A DNA stretch of 64,000 nucleotides from Escherichia phage vB_EcoM-pEB20. Below, one piece after another: positions 30,051-39,699 of the stretch (the stretch's first letter is position 1; the number at the start of each line of letters is the position of its first letter). The translations under genes and the position numbers were made by a program. The notes beneath the pieces are model-generated. The model saw nothing but the letters and a program-made list of their open reading frames with translations, had not been told where the DNA came from and did no database searches. The stretch lies in sequence record OP114733, one strand, 5' to 3'.

Positions 30051-30311
30051 CTACCTTATGTTCATCCTCTTCCGCACCGTACTTCAGCTTATATCTGGTG
30101 TGGTTGGTGGGTTATGGATGAAATCCAAAAAATGACTGAAGAAGGTAAAGATTGGAAAACTGACGACCCGGATAGTAAGTACTACTTGCATCGTTACACG
30201 CTTCAGAAGATGTTGAAAGACTATCCAGAAGTTGATGTTCAAGAATCACGTAACGGATACATCATCCATAAAACTGCTTTGGAAACTGGTATCATCTATA
30301 CATATCCATAA
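28893..30311 (+). CDS. hoc: Hoc, highly immunogenic outer capsid protein with four tandem Ig-like domains
   Basis: 472 aa; four ~95-aa repeats each with Y.W and TATDYD-like motifs, plus C-terminal domain. Confidence 0.85.
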   Translation: MAFTVDITPKTPTGVIDQTQQFTATPSGETGGGTITYAWSVDDAPQVGSAETFDYVLKGPAGTKTIKVVATNTLSEGGPETAEATTTITIQNKTQTTTLAVTPNSPDAGVIGTAIEFTAALASQPSGANATYQWYVDDSQVGGETNSTFNYTPAESGVKRIKCVAQVTATDYDALSVTSNEVSLTVNKKTQTTTLAVTPASPAAVEIGTATTFTANVSNQPASAVIAYTWKVDGSTISGQTQSTFKYIPTSEGTKSITCSVTVTATNYDDKTVESSPVSLTVNKKTMNPQVTLTPPSINVQQDASATFTANVTDAPPEAQITYSWKKDSSPVEGSTNVYTVDTSSIGSQTIEVTATVTATDYDSKTITAEGQVQVTDKVAPKPEGELPYVHPLPHRTSAYIWCGWWVMDEIQKMTEEGKDWKTDDPDSKYYLHRYTLQKMLKDYPEVDVQESRNGYIIHKTALETGIIYTYP

Positions 30312-30315
30312 TCGT

Positions 30316-30345
30316 AAGGGGCCGAAGCCCCTTTCTTCGTTTTTA
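30316..30345 (+). terminator. Terminator hairpin AGGGGC-CGAA-GCCCCU + T-rich tail after hoc
   Basis: Read directly. Confidence 0.6.
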
Positions 30346-30407
30346 AAGCATACAAAACACAACTTGAGATTGATGTATATAATGGCACAAACCAAATAAT
30401 ATGGGAA

Positions 30408-30608
30408 TTGATTATGAGAGCTGAAGTTGAAGTTTATACATTACATGAGGCGGGATTTTCATTCGTAGAAATTGCTCAAAAAATTGGTTTACAACCTAAA
30501 GAAGTTGGATTACTATGGACTAAAGCCGAGACAGCTCGGTCAAAGTTTAAAGCAAAAGAAAAAGTTGTATACCGTAAACGTTTGATTAACAAAAAGGTGA
30601 AGAAATGA
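30408..30608 (+). CDS. Small basic protein with HTH-like segment (66 aa)
   Basis: ORF; FSFVEIAQKIGLQPKEV resembles a helix-turn-helix; Lys-rich C-terminus. Confidence 0.5.
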   Translation: MIMRAEVEVYTLHEAGFSFVEIAQKIGLQPKEVGLLWTKAETARSKFKAKEKVVYRKRLINKKVKK

Positions 30609-30856
30609 GTTTTGCGCAGGAATTAAGAGAAAGGGCTCTGGCCACTAAAGCCAATTTGTTGAGTGATTTTATTACTAACTTCTCTGTGATGGCAGAGAAA
30701 GCCGCTGACAAAGGCCAGACACAATTCACGTACTATCCATCAAAGAATGATTTAACTATCACCGAACAAGTCGGGCAGTGGTTACGTGATAATGGCTTTC
30801 AGTATAAAATTAATCACGACCAGCGTGATGGACACTGGATAGAAATCAAGTTCTAG
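30605..30856 (+). CDS. Hypothetical protein (83 aa)
   Basis: ORF overlapping upstream stop. Confidence 0.5.
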   Translation: MSFAQELRERALATKANLLSDFITNFSVMAEKAADKGQTQFTYYPSKNDLTITEQVGQWLRDNGFQYKINHDQRDGHWIEIKF

Positions 30857-30858
30857 TA

Positions 30859-30884
30859 TGCTTTACATTTTTTGATGGTATAAT
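30859..30884 (+). promoter_or_regulatory. MotA-dependent middle promoter (TGCTTTA box, 13-nt gap, TATAAT)
   Basis: Read directly; upstream of rnlB. Confidence 0.55.
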
Positions 30885-30975
30885 GAATCTAGGTTCTATC
30901 CATTCAAATTAAACATCTGGTCAGAGACAGAGTCTCTGCTAATTATTTTGATATTATTATTTATAATGGTGATTT

Positions 30976-31974
30976 ATGTTTAAGAAATACAGCAGTCTTG
31001 AAAACCACTACAACTCTAAGTTTATTGAAAAACTCTACACTAATGGTTTGACTACTGGTGTTTGGGTAGCACGTGAGAAAATCCATGGGACCAACTTCTC
31101 GTTAATAATTGAACGTGACAACGTCACATGCGCCAAGCGCACAGGCCCTATTCTTCCAGCAGAAGATTTTTATGGTTATGAAATCGTACTCAAGAAGTAT
31201 GATAAAGCTATTAAAGCCGTTCAGGAATTCATGTACACAGCTCGAGCCGTATCATATCAAGTCTTTGGTGAATTCGCTGGTGGTGGAATCCAGAAAGGTG
31301 TTGACTACGGTGAAAAAGATTTTTATGTGTTCGATATCCTTATCAATACAGAAAGTGGTGATAATACGTATTTGACCGATTACGAAATGCAAGATTTCTG
31401 TAATGAATTCGGTTTTAAAATGGCACCAATGCTTGGACGTGGCACATTTGATGCTCTTATCATGATTCCAAACGACCTTGATTCTGTCTTAGCCGCTTAT
31501 AATGCTACTGCGTCAGAAGACCTTGTCGAAGCAAATAATTGCGTATTTGACGCTAATGTTATTGGCGATAATACGGCAGAAGGTTATGTTCTGAAGCCTT
31601 GTTTCCCTAAATGGCTGCCAAACGGTACTCGTGTAGCTATTAAGTGCAAGAACTCTAAATTCAGTGAAAAGAAAAAGTCTGATAAGCCTATTAAAACTCA
31701 GGTTCCATTAACCGAAATTGACAAAAACTTGCTTGATGTTCTAGCTTGTTATGTTACATTAAACCGTGTTAATAATGTGATTTCTAAGATTGGGACTGTA
31801 ACGCCAAAAGATTTTGGCAAAGTGATGGGATTGACTGTTCAAGATATTCTGGAAGAAACTTCTCGTGAAGGTATTGTATTAACATCATCTGATAATCCGA
31901 ATCTTGTTAAGAAAGAATTAGTCCGAATGGTGCAAGATGTTCTGCGTCCTGCATGGATTGAATTAGTATCATAA
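30976..31974 (+). CDS. rnlB: RNA ligase 2 (T4 gene 24.1)
   Basis: 332 aa; N-terminus identical to recalled T4 Rnl2 ([21 protein letters not shown]...[16 protein letters not shown]). Confidence 0.92.
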   Translation: MFKKYSSLENHYNSKFIEKLYTNGLTTGVWVAREKIHGTNFSLIIERDNVTCAKRTGPILPAEDFYGYEIVLKKYDKAIKAVQEFMYTARAVSYQVFGEFAGGGIQKGVDYGEKDFYVFDILINTESGDNTYLTDYEMQDFCNEFGFKMAPMLGRGTFDALIMIPNDLDSVLAAYNATASEDLVEANNCVFDANVIGDNTAEGYVLKPCFPKWLPNGTRVAIKCKNSKFSEKKKSDKPIKTQVPLTEIDKNLLDVLACYVTLNRVNNVISKIGTVTPKDFGKVMGLTVQDILEETSREGIVLTSSDNPNLVKKELVRMVQDVLRPAWIELVS

Positions 31975-31976
31975 CG

Positions 31977-32008
31977 AAAAAAGGGACCTTACGGTCCCTT
32001 TGTTTTAT
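31977..32008. terminator. Bidirectional terminator AAAAA-GGGACC-UUAC-GGUCCC-UUUGUUUU between rnlB and gene 24
   Basis: Read directly. Confidence 0.7.
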
Positions 32009-33288
32009 TCATCAACAATAATTTTTGGTAGCTTAACACCTAATAAAACAGACAAATCTGAACGTCCTGCCATTTTATCCATGTCCCCACCATCAATTAT
32101 TCTCGCTTCTTTTTCATCTTTTGCTACTGTGTAAGGATTTGCTGATAAAGCATATCTAACCAATAATCCGATAGACGGTTGCAAGCTTTCTGGATCAACT
32201 ACAACTTTAAAAGCACCAACATGTTCCGGGTCATCTAAATCTACTCCTTCAGTGTATGGAGCATAAAAGATGGACCCTACAATTTCTTTTTCGCCGATAT
32301 TTTCTACAACACCCACAATAACATAATCTAATGGACTGTTGGTATCGCAGTAAAGAGGTAATCCATTTGCCAAGAATCCATAAGCATTTTGTGAAAGATA
32401 CTTGTCATCTTCTGGCTTATGTTTTAACCAACCGGAAGCAGCAAGAATAGCAGCTGCACGAGCTGAGGCTACACAAAACGTTGCAGTATAAGTTGTCTCT
32501 TTTTGAATGTGTGATACCATTTCACACACCATTCGATATAATGAACGACCTGCTTCTGGAGCGGATGCATAGCTCAAGTCAATAAATCCGGTGTCAGTAA
32601 TTCCAGTAACTTTATAACGTTTCGATACAGTAATTAAAGACTGAAGAATATCTTTATTAATTTCATCAGCCATTTCAGTAGCAAGCAAATCCTCTAAGAA
32701 GTTAGGGGCATCAAATCCATTCGCTTCCAAATCTTGCGCTAATTCAACCGTGAGACCAGTTTTAAGTTTGCGAGATTTGACTGAAGTTTGCCATTTATTA
32801 ATCTGGAATCTTGCATCAGAAATTTCGCTATCAGAGCTTTCAAATTTGCTTGTTACCGCTGCATCTGAAAATAACCGTACCTTTAAATGAACGACTGCAA
32901 TCTGAAGAGCTAATTCTAGATCACTTTCTTGAATATCTGCAAATGGTGTATCTTCTAACACTTTATAGACGATATTATTATATTTGAAAAAATCACCTTT
33001 ATTTAGTGTGACTTTTGATTCTTCTGTGAGCTCAGTAATTTTTTCTCGGTCTACATATCCAACTTCGCCAGCATAAGTAGCACCAGTTTTAAATGTAAAT
33101 TCATTGTCTGGGTTAAGATATTTAATACCATAAAAAGCAGCAACAGGTTGATTAGTTCTTTGTGTTGCTACAATGTCAGAATATATTAATTTAGTCGTAG
33201 CGCGAGTCAAAGCAACGAGATTTGGGCGGCCAATTGAGTTGCTAGTAGACGTTGTAGATTCACGCAATAATTTTTGGATTTTACTCAT
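32005..33288 (-). CDS. 24: Capsid vertex protein gp24
   Basis: 427 aa; matches recalled T4 gp24 N-terminus (LLRESTT..SNSIGRPNLVALTRATTKLIYSDIVATQRTNQPVAAFYGIKYLNPDNEFTFK). Confidence 0.92.
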   Translation of the reverse strand: MSKIQKLLRESTTSTSNSIGRPNLVALTRATTKLIYSDIVATQRTNQPVAAFYGIKYLNPDNEFTFKTGATYAGEVGYVDREKITELTEESKVTLNKGDFFKYNNIVYKVLEDTPFADIQESDLELALQIAVVHLKVRLFSDAAVTSKFESSDSEISDARFQINKWQTSVKSRKLKTGLTVELAQDLEANGFDAPNFLEDLLATEMADEINKDILQSLITVSKRYKVTGITDTGFIDLSYASAPEAGRSLYRMVCEMVSHIQKETTYTATFCVASARAAAILAASGWLKHKPEDDKYLSQNAYGFLANGLPLYCDTNSPLDYVIVGVVENIGEKEIVGSIFYAPYTEGVDLDDPEHVGAFKVVVDPESLQPSIGLLVRYALSANPYTVAKDEKEARIIDGGDMDKMAGRSDLSVLLGVKLPKIIVDE

Positions 33289-33315
33289 TGCATTTTTTCC
33301 TTATGTGATATAGAT

Positions 33316-33323
33316 TATTTATA
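33316..33323 (-). promoter_or_regulatory. Late promoter TATAAATA (minus strand) for gene 24
   Basis: Forward tatttata about 28 nt upstream of the gene 24 start. Confidence 0.6.
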
Positions 33324-33329
33324 AAGATT

Positions 33330-33359
33330 GTTTACAACGTATTTGGTATGTGATACTAT
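33330..33359 (+). promoter_or_regulatory. T4-type early promoter (GTTTACA-N17-TACTAT)
   Basis: Read directly; drives the small plus-strand ORF inside the late head cluster. Confidence 0.6.
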
Positions 33360-33389
33360 AGACTTATCAACTACAGAGGAGTAAACAAA

Positions 33390-33659
33390 ATGACTAAAGC
33401 ACGTTTCTTACGAGATACTTTAAAAGTTCTAGAAGCTGAAGCAGTTAAGTTAGTAGAAAAATATGGTGCAAAAGTTAATGGTAATGCCTTCAACAAAGTA
33501 TGGATGAAAGTTGATTCTGAAGCTCGAGCTAAAGGTTATTGGGCCACTGATAAACTTGCATCATTCAAAAACAAAGATGGTTCTCCGGCATATGTCCAAG
33601 AAGGTATGCCTAATTGGCAAAATATTTTGAAAACTTACATCAAAATTGCACAGAAATAA
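33390..33659 (+). CDS. Hypothetical protein (89 aa) between genes 24 and 23
   Basis: GAGGAG RBS, own early promoter; occupies the position of segD in T4. Confidence 0.55.
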   Translation: MTKARFLRDTLKVLEAEAVKLVEKYGAKVNGNAFNKVWMKVDSEARAKGYWATDKLASFKNKDGSPAYVQEGMPNWQNILKTYIKIAQK

Positions 33660-33663
33660 AACC

Positions 33664-33687
33664 AAAAATGGGAGACCGAAGTCTCCC
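33664..33687 (-). terminator. Terminator after gene 23: GGGAGAC-UUCG-GUCUCCC + AUUUUU (minus-strand sense)
   Basis: Hairpin read directly; identical 18-mer to the plus-strand terminator at 10293. Confidence 0.7.
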
Positions 33688-33711
33688 AAAATAAGATTTA
33701 ATCAATTAAGA

Positions 33712-35280
33712 TTAGATGCCTTTTACATATACACGGCGGAAGTAAGCGTTCTTACCAAGGCTGTTCAGGATAGACGGCATACCGGACTGGATGCGAGCAC
33801 CTGGAGCCTGCAGGGAACTTTCAGCAAACGGGTTAACACCGATACCGTAACGAGTTTTAAAGCCCATTACCGGCTGGAAGTTCTTAGGATCGGAACCACG
33901 CAGTGGGGTAAGTGCAACGTAAGGAGCATAGTAAATACCTGCATCCATTTCGTTAGCGCCTTTGTAACCAACGGTGAAGTAATCCTGTTTAGCATACTGG
34001 TCGATGTATACGCGGTATTTACCACCAAGTACACCGGCAAATACAGACTTAGTAGTGTCGGTATTAAAACCAGAAGCCAGACCCTGTGCAGCGTAAGAAA
34101 TACCAGTATCAACTGAAGCCAGTACGTTAACTACGTTACGGGAAGCGATAATGAAGTTACCTTCACCACGACCGGTTTGACGAGCAATTTCAACTGCTTC
34201 TTTATCAATCTGGAACAACAGAGCTTTAAAGCTTTCGCCGGCCCAACGAGCACCACGGATATCAATCGGGTCCTGGAAGTCAAATACACCAGCTTTAGAA
34301 CCAACGATATTAGTCATACCAGATTTACCAACCTGAGCGGAGTAGTTAATCCAGTCAACAACTTCACGGTTGATTTCCAGCATAATTTCAGTAGCAAGAA
34401 TACCACTCAGTTCAGCATCAGCATCCATACCGTGTACTGCACGGAGGTCTTGTGCCAATTCGATAGAGTAAGCTGCTTTCAGCTGACGAGATTTAGCTTC
34501 AATAACTTGTTTGTCGATACGGAAGCCCATTTCGTTCCACGGGTTGTCGGTAGAACCATTGAAGCCTTCCTGAAGTTCAGCGATAGAAGTAGCCATACCT
34601 TCAGCGATTTCTACCAGTGCGCCAGCTTCCATTTGTTTGATAATTTCTGCATCTAATTTAGCTGCATCATCAGCACTTGAACTAATTGTTACTTGAGCAG
34701 AAGCTTGCAGATATACAGTACCAGTTTCCTGGAAGAAGTGAGTATAGATATCACCTACTGTGGTTTGTGTGCTAGCAGCCAGAGCTGGGAATTTCTTAGC
34801 AGCACCCTGACCAGAGAACATCGCATCTGGAGCATACATCGGATGGAAAGCTTCTTTAGCGCCAGCAGCGATAGGGTCTTTACCATATACTGCACGGAGA
34901 GCAAATACCTGACCGGTAGGGCTGTTCATAGGCTGAACACCACAAATATCAAAAGCGATCAGATTAGGAATAGCACGACGAACCATACCCATAACTGCTG
35001 GCCCAATCTGGGTTACTGCACCAGAGGTTTGACCTGCTGCGATGTTCTGAGCATTATAACCATGGTCACCACCAATTTCAGCTTCGGTCAAGAAAGAACC
35101 AAATGCCTGAGCGATTTTCTCGTCTTTATATTCAGGGGATACTTCGAAATCTTTTTCCTGGTTTTCGAAGATTTTAGCGATAATAGCCTGCTTGCTATTA
35201 GCGATTTCCGGCAGGCCTTCACCTTCCAGCAGTTCTTTCCATTTGTCTACGAGCTGAGCTTTAGTTTTGATAGTAGTCAT
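33712..35280 (-). CDS. 23: Major capsid protein gp23
   Basis: 522 aa; T4 gp23-like N-terminus (MTTIKTKAQLVDKWKELLEGEGLPEIANSKQAIIAKIFENQEKDFE). Confidence 0.93.
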   Translation of the reverse strand: MTTIKTKAQLVDKWKELLEGEGLPEIANSKQAIIAKIFENQEKDFEVSPEYKDEKIAQAFGSFLTEAEIGGDHGYNAQNIAAGQTSGAVTQIGPAVMGMVRRAIPNLIAFDICGVQPMNSPTGQVFALRAVYGKDPIAAGAKEAFHPMYAPDAMFSGQGAAKKFPALAASTQTTVGDIYTHFFQETGTVYLQASAQVTISSSADDAAKLDAEIIKQMEAGALVEIAEGMATSIAELQEGFNGSTDNPWNEMGFRIDKQVIEAKSRQLKAAYSIELAQDLRAVHGMDADAELSGILATEIMLEINREVVDWINYSAQVGKSGMTNIVGSKAGVFDFQDPIDIRGARWAGESFKALLFQIDKEAVEIARQTGRGEGNFIIASRNVVNVLASVDTGISYAAQGLASGFNTDTTKSVFAGVLGGKYRVYIDQYAKQDYFTVGYKGANEMDAGIYYAPYVALTPLRGSDPKNFQPVMGFKTRYGIGVNPFAESSLQAPGARIQSGMPSILNSLGKNAYFRRVYVKGI

Positions 35281-35297
35281 TTGTGTTAACCTTTAAA

Positions 35298-36110
35298 TTA
35301 GAAACGAGATGCGACTTTCGCATATAAACTTACATTAGAATTCTGTTCTACCTGAGTTGTGGTAGTGTCAACTGCTTCGGCAACAAAATTAAGACCGGCA
35401 GCGTCATTGTCAACTGTATTTATACTTTCGGTAATAGCGGCTTCTTCTTTAGTAGAACCTTTAACCATTTCTACAATAGCAGTTAACTTAGTACCAAATG
35501 CGTCAGAATAATCCATACCTTCAACCAGGCCAATAACTTTTTCTTTCTGAGATTCAGTCAGGTCTTTTACGCTTTCATTAATAGCGGTTTCACGCTGAAC
35601 GTAATTGATATATGCATCACGTTTGGTAACTTCTTCGAACAAACGAGCGGTTTCTTCTTTATGTTCGGCCAGCTCTTCTTCCATTTCTGCTACAACATCT
35701 ACAGATTCTTCTGGAACAACAACGTTATGTTCAACAAACAGTTCTTTCAGACCACCAAGCATGGATTCGAACAAATCAGCTTTAATGCCTTTATCAACTG
35801 CGATTTGGTTTTCTGCGAGCCATTCTTTTGCAAGATGGTCCAGGAATTTAGAAGCTTGTTCAGCCAATTTTTTATCAGCTTTCTCTTCAGCATCTTCTTT
35901 AGCCTTTTCAACTTCTTCTTCGGCCTTTTCGGCGATGGCTTTGATATGAGATTCAGCCAGTTTGACTGCTTCCTGCTTAACGGTGGCTTCGAATACAGTG
36001 CTGAAATTAGCTTTAACGTCCGGAGACAGTTCTACTGATTCGAAAACACTATTAAGAGCAACTGAAGTCTCGATGTTCTGAGCTTCTTTCAAAAGTTGTT
36101 CTTTGATCAT
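35298..36110 (-). CDS. 22: Prohead core scaffold protein gp22
   Basis: 270 aa, acidic, Glu/Lys/Ala-rich; synteny. Confidence 0.85.
   Translation of the reverse strand: MIKEQLLKEAQNIETSVALNSVFESVELSPDVKANFSTVFEATVKQEAVKLAESHIKAIAEKAEEEVEKAKEDAEEKADKKLAEQASKFLDHLAKEWLAENQIAVDKGIKADLFESMLGGLKELFVEHNVVVPEESVDVVAEMEEELAEHKEETARLFEEVTKRDAYINYVQRETAINESVKDLTESQKEKVIGLVEGMDYSDAFGTKLTAIVEMVKGSTKEEAAITESINTVDNDAAGLNFVAEAVDTTTTQVEQNSNVSLYAKVASRF
35417..35424 (-). promoter_or_regulatory. Candidate late promoter TATAAATA for gene 23, inside the gene 22 coding region
   Basis: Forward tatttata 137 nt upstream of the gene 23 start. Confidence 0.4.
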
Positions 36111-36140
36111 TTTAGTGTCCTGTGGTTTAGATTACATTAT

Positions 36141-36148
36141 TATTTATA
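36141..36148 (-). promoter_or_regulatory. Late promoter TATAAATA (minus strand) for gene 22
   Basis: Forward tatttata about 31 nt upstream of the gene 22 start. Confidence 0.55.
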
Positions 36149-36785
36149 ATGCTTTTAAACTCTCTGCGAGAGCTTTAAATGCTTCGTCAGCACTGTTTTT
36201 GGTGATTTCCACCGAATTTTCTGATTCTGATATTTGTTTAGGAGTAACCCAAGCATCTGGAGCAGAAGGTCCCCATACGGCATCTACGCCGACGGTTAAT
36301 TTAAATCCTTCGTTCACGATACGGTACCCTTTATTGGTGTCGGTTAAAGAACCAAGACCACGAGAGGAAACACCTGGAATCCAACCAGCTCGTATATTAG
36401 CAGCTAATTTATCGCCGGGACCATGGTCGCCTTCAATAATTCTAGCACGTCCATATACATCGTTTCCTTTCCACCACATATCTTCAATAATGATAGCGGC
36501 TTGCATAGGGTCAACATTTGCACGAGGTGGATGATTTAATTCTCCAAGGGCTTGTTTGGTTGCGACTTGTTCTTTAATATAGTCGCTTACGGCTTTTTCC
36601 AAAACGCGTTTAGGATATAAACGTTTATTTCGGTTAACAACCTCTGCCTGAAGAAAAATACCTTCTATATAAAGCCCTGGTTTTAAGCCAGAATCTTTTC
36701 CATCATGAGATTCCAACATTGGAACGCCATCAATAATCTCACCGGGTTGACCCCAAGTTTCAATAAGTAACTCGGGTTTATTCAT
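36144..36785 (-). CDS. 21: Prohead protease gp21
   Basis: 213 aa; synteny and length. Confidence 0.85.
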   Translation of the reverse strand: MNKPELLIETWGQPGEIIDGVPMLESHDGKDSGLKPGLYIEGIFLQAEVVNRNKRLYPKRVLEKAVSDYIKEQVATKQALGELNHPPRANVDPMQAAIIIEDMWWKGNDVYGRARIIEGDHGPGDKLAANIRAGWIPGVSSRGLGSLTDTNKGYRIVNEGFKLTVGVDAVWGPSAPDAWVTPKQISESENSVEITKNSADEAFKALAESLKAL

Positions 36786-37210
36786 TAGCTTAATCCTAAT
36801 GCTTTACGACGTTTAAGAGCCTTTTTACGCTTACGCAAGCCTTTAACTTGGCCTGAAGGGTTAGCTTTTTTAGCTTTAACGACCTTACGAGCGATTTGTC
36901 TACGTTTTGCTTTAGAAAGACCAGTTGTTTGGAACGCGTTACGTTCACGAGTTTTACGGTCTTTAGTGCGGGTGACTTCACCACGAGAAGAAACATGTTT
37001 AACGATAAACTCATTTAACTGTTCTTCATTAATAATGGAAGCCATTGCAACAGCTAAATCCGTTTCAGTTTCAAGCATGTTCTCGATAATAGTATTTATA
37101 TCGTCAATATCGAGAGCAGAAGACAATGCATCGATTCGGCCCTGTGCTTCAGGAATAAGTGCTTCGACATTTTCGAGTACCAATTCATAAGATTCAGGGA
37201 TAAGATACAT
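36785..37210 (-). CDS. 68: Prohead core protein gp68
   Basis: 141 aa, same length as T4 gp68; basic C-terminus. Confidence 0.75.
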   Translation of the reverse strand: MYLIPESYELVLENVEALIPEAQGRIDALSSALDIDDINTIIENMLETETDLAVAMASIINEEQLNEFIVKHVSSRGEVTRTKDRKTRERNAFQTTGLSKAKRRQIARKVVKAKKANPSGQVKGLRKRKKALKRRKALGLS

Positions 37211-37440
37211 TATTCATCGTCCTCATCATCTTCGTCTTCGTCGTCATCGCCTTCATCAGCGTCGTCTTCCGAAGCTTTCTTTTCTTCTTCAGGTTCTTCG
37301 CCTTCAATCAAAAATTGAGACGCGATTTCTGCTTTGCGTGCTTCAATCAAACGAACCGTTTTTTCTGCCATTGCACTTTCAAAAAACTTTCGAGTAGCAA
37401 CGAGGTCGTTTGATTTAATAGCTTGAATTAAATCGTCCAT
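37210..37440 (-). CDS. 67: Prohead core protein gp67
   Basis: 76 aa with poly-acidic C-terminus; synteny. Confidence 0.75.
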   Translation of the reverse strand: MDDLIQAIKSNDLVATRKFFESAMAEKTVRLIEARKAEIASQFLIEGEEPEEEKKASEDDADEGDDDEDEDDEDDE

Positions 37441-39011
37441 TAAAAATCCTCTTGTTCTTGGTCGGGGTCTTGGAAACGAGCCTCTTTCGACTCTTCTTCA
37501 ATTTGCTTAGCCTCTTGTTCAATTTCCTCGTCAGACATCTGAAGAATATCTTTCATAGCTGTTCTGTGAGAAATATATTTACCAATAAATGGTTCGGCCA
37601 TCTGAAGCATATTAATGCGACGCTCCAGAATCTCAGCATCCTTTAATTCCGAGAAATAACTATCCCGATGAAATTTTATCTTAATATTATTTATTTCATC
37701 ATTCCACTCATCTTCTGTAATAATTCCTTTAAGAATTAAATTAGTTTTAAGCGGGTCTAGGAATATCTCTTCAAATTTATGTTGCAGCTCACGAATAAAT
37801 TTACCAAATGATAATTCATCTCGTGTAATAGAAGTACCAGCATCAAACTGTATACCACCTTGGTCACTTGGAATACGGGTAATAGGAATACGTAAAGCCA
37901 TATAAAGCGCATTACGGAACCAACGTACATCTTCCATATTTCCAGTATTATCTGCACCCGGTAATGTGTCAACTTCTGTTACTGCTTTACCATCACGTCG
38001 TTGTAACCAATAATCTTCGGTCATCGACATAATATGCTGTTGGTTTTTAATCTTGCCTGTAGTAGCATCATATGCAATACGGTTTTTCATCGTATTCATA
38101 ACATGTTGCATATGTTCTGCTGCTTTTCTTGAAGGCATATTACCTGTATCAACGTACCATACACGACGATCAGGAGCACGAGTAATACGATAAATTACTA
38201 CGGCATCTTCAAGAAGTTTTAATTGGTTCGCTGGCTTAATAGCCCGATGCAAATAACCGATGATATTTTTACCACAACAATCAACTAAACCAGAATGGGC
38301 ATAAACAATCGCAGCTTTAGGGATTTTTATTTTTGTGCCAGCTTCATATATGCGTCCATCACAAGCATAAGATTCGTGTGATGTGTCATAAATGAAATAT
38401 TCTTTATAACCCTTGACTATTTTAACACCGGCTTCAGTGGTTGTAATAACTTCACGGACGTATTGAACTTGACGTGGGTCTAAACGACGAAGCTCTTTAA
38501 TACCTTCTTTAGGGCGTTTAGGGTCAATAATTTTATGGAAGAAAATTCGAGAATCTACATACCAACGCCTAAAATGGTCTGAACCTTTACGTTGGAAAGA
38601 TAAATGATTCAACACTTCGTTAAATTCATCCAACATCATTGATTTTATATTTGGACTAAATTTTGTGTTGTCTAAATTTATAGAAACGACTTCTGTATCA
38701 TCTTCATATACGATAGCATCAGAAACTATTTCAGAGACTGCATTATCTACTTCATAGTTCGTCATCAAATTTCGATACGTATCGATTAATTCACGGGTTG
38801 ATTTGAGCCCTGGTTCTTGACTACCGAACATTCTCTGAAACATAGCATTATATGTTTGCTGTGCTTCATTTTCAGATACTTCATATTCTTTAGCGCCGTC
38901 GTCCAATTTTGGTGCGGTGATAGATTCTAAATTTTCTTTTTCTTGGTCTTTGTAATCACGTTCGTCCATTTTTGCCCATGGAGCAAACAAACTTAAGATA
39001 TTAAATTTCAT
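37440..39011 (-). CDS. 20: Portal vertex protein gp20
   Basis: 523 aa; synteny and length. Confidence 0.9.
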   Translation of the reverse strand: MKFNILSLFAPWAKMDERDYKDQEKENLESITAPKLDDGAKEYEVSENEAQQTYNAMFQRMFGSQEPGLKSTRELIDTYRNLMTNYEVDNAVSEIVSDAIVYEDDTEVVSINLDNTKFSPNIKSMMLDEFNEVLNHLSFQRKGSDHFRRWYVDSRIFFHKIIDPKRPKEGIKELRRLDPRQVQYVREVITTTEAGVKIVKGYKEYFIYDTSHESYACDGRIYEAGTKIKIPKAAIVYAHSGLVDCCGKNIIGYLHRAIKPANQLKLLEDAVVIYRITRAPDRRVWYVDTGNMPSRKAAEHMQHVMNTMKNRIAYDATTGKIKNQQHIMSMTEDYWLQRRDGKAVTEVDTLPGADNTGNMEDVRWFRNALYMALRIPITRIPSDQGGIQFDAGTSITRDELSFGKFIRELQHKFEEIFLDPLKTNLILKGIITEDEWNDEINNIKIKFHRDSYFSELKDAEILERRINMLQMAEPFIGKYISHRTAMKDILQMSDEEIEQEAKQIEEESKEARFQDPDQEQEDF

Positions 39012-39039
39012 TGTATTCTCCGAATGGGAATTATAGTTA

Positions 39040-39047
39040 TATTTATA
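39040..39047 (-). promoter_or_regulatory. Late promoter TATAAATA (minus strand) for gene 20
   Basis: Forward tatttata about 28 nt upstream of the gene 20 start. Confidence 0.6.
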
Positions 39048-39095
39048 TGGACTTCTCCGTCATCACGGGAAGCTGGGGATTTCTCCCCAACCAGA

Positions 39096-39587
39096 TTATT
39101 CCCACCAATCAAGAGCAAGAGTTACTTCGAACGTTTCAATCTCGTTATTGCTGTCCCAGTCAAGAGATACTTCGCCAACGTTAGTAGGCCACAAGCCGAC
39201 AATTTCAACTTCTTTGGTGACCGTTTTAGCATCACGGGCAAATTGACGAACGATAGCAGACTTTTTATATTCAGCAGGTTTACCACCGGTAATTTCATTA
39301 CCTTGTCCTGCTGCAATACCTTGCCAATCAACAAATTTCTGACGAATGCTATGAGCATCATCGTTCATTACTGTAATAGTCCAATCATCGAATGTACGAT
39401 CACCGGCCACGTTAATTTTACGGTTCATATAAGAAACAGGAACCTTTTCAACGATCGCAGCAGGAAGAGCCGTAGCACGACACTGGAAGCTAAAGTTTTG
39501 CCCAAGATAAGAGATTTCTACTTCGAACAGGTTAGGGCGAGCAAAATCACCTGATTCGAAGGCACGAGTTACGTCATCTACAAACAT
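39096..39587 (-). CDS. 19: Tail tube protein gp19
   Basis: 163 aa, same length as T4 gp19. Confidence 0.9.
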   Translation of the reverse strand: MFVDDVTRAFESGDFARPNLFEVEISYLGQNFSFQCRATALPAAIVEKVPVSYMNRKINVAGDRTFDDWTITVMNDDAHSIRQKFVDWQGIAAGQGNEITGGKPAEYKKSAIVRQFARDAKTVTKEVEIVGLWPTNVGEVSLDWDSNNEIETFEVTLALDWWE

Positions 39588-39659
39588 ATTAGCCTCTGTA
39601 GTAATATGGGCTTAGGATTAACCGGAGGCCCATAGAATTAATTTTTAAACGATATAGTA

Positions 39660-39667
39660 TATTTATA
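39660..39667 (-). promoter_or_regulatory. Late promoter TATAAATA (minus strand) for gene 19
   Basis: Forward tatttata; embedded in an 18-mer nearly identical to the gene 20 promoter context. Confidence 0.55.
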
Positions 39668-39687
39668 TGGGCTACCGAAATAGCCCA
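39668..39687 (-). terminator. Stem-loop UGGGCUA-loop-UAGCCCA after gene 18
   Basis: 7-bp inverted repeat read directly, abutting the gene 19 late promoter. Confidence 0.5.
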
Positions 39688-39699
39688 TCAGGCGTCTTA

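Noticed and set aside
30958-30965. Minus-strand TATAAATA match just upstream of rnlB
   Set aside because: No minus-strand gene lies downstream of it; more likely part of the AT-rich rnlB leader (contains a TATAAT on the plus strand) than a functional late promoter.
33646-36534. Several plus-strand ORFs (33646-34116, 34177-34656, 34693-35289, 35605-35949, 35661-36038, 36103-36534) overlapping genes 23, 22 and 21
   Set aside because: All antisense to highly conserved head genes; low-complexity translations typical of the reverse strand of biased coding sequence.
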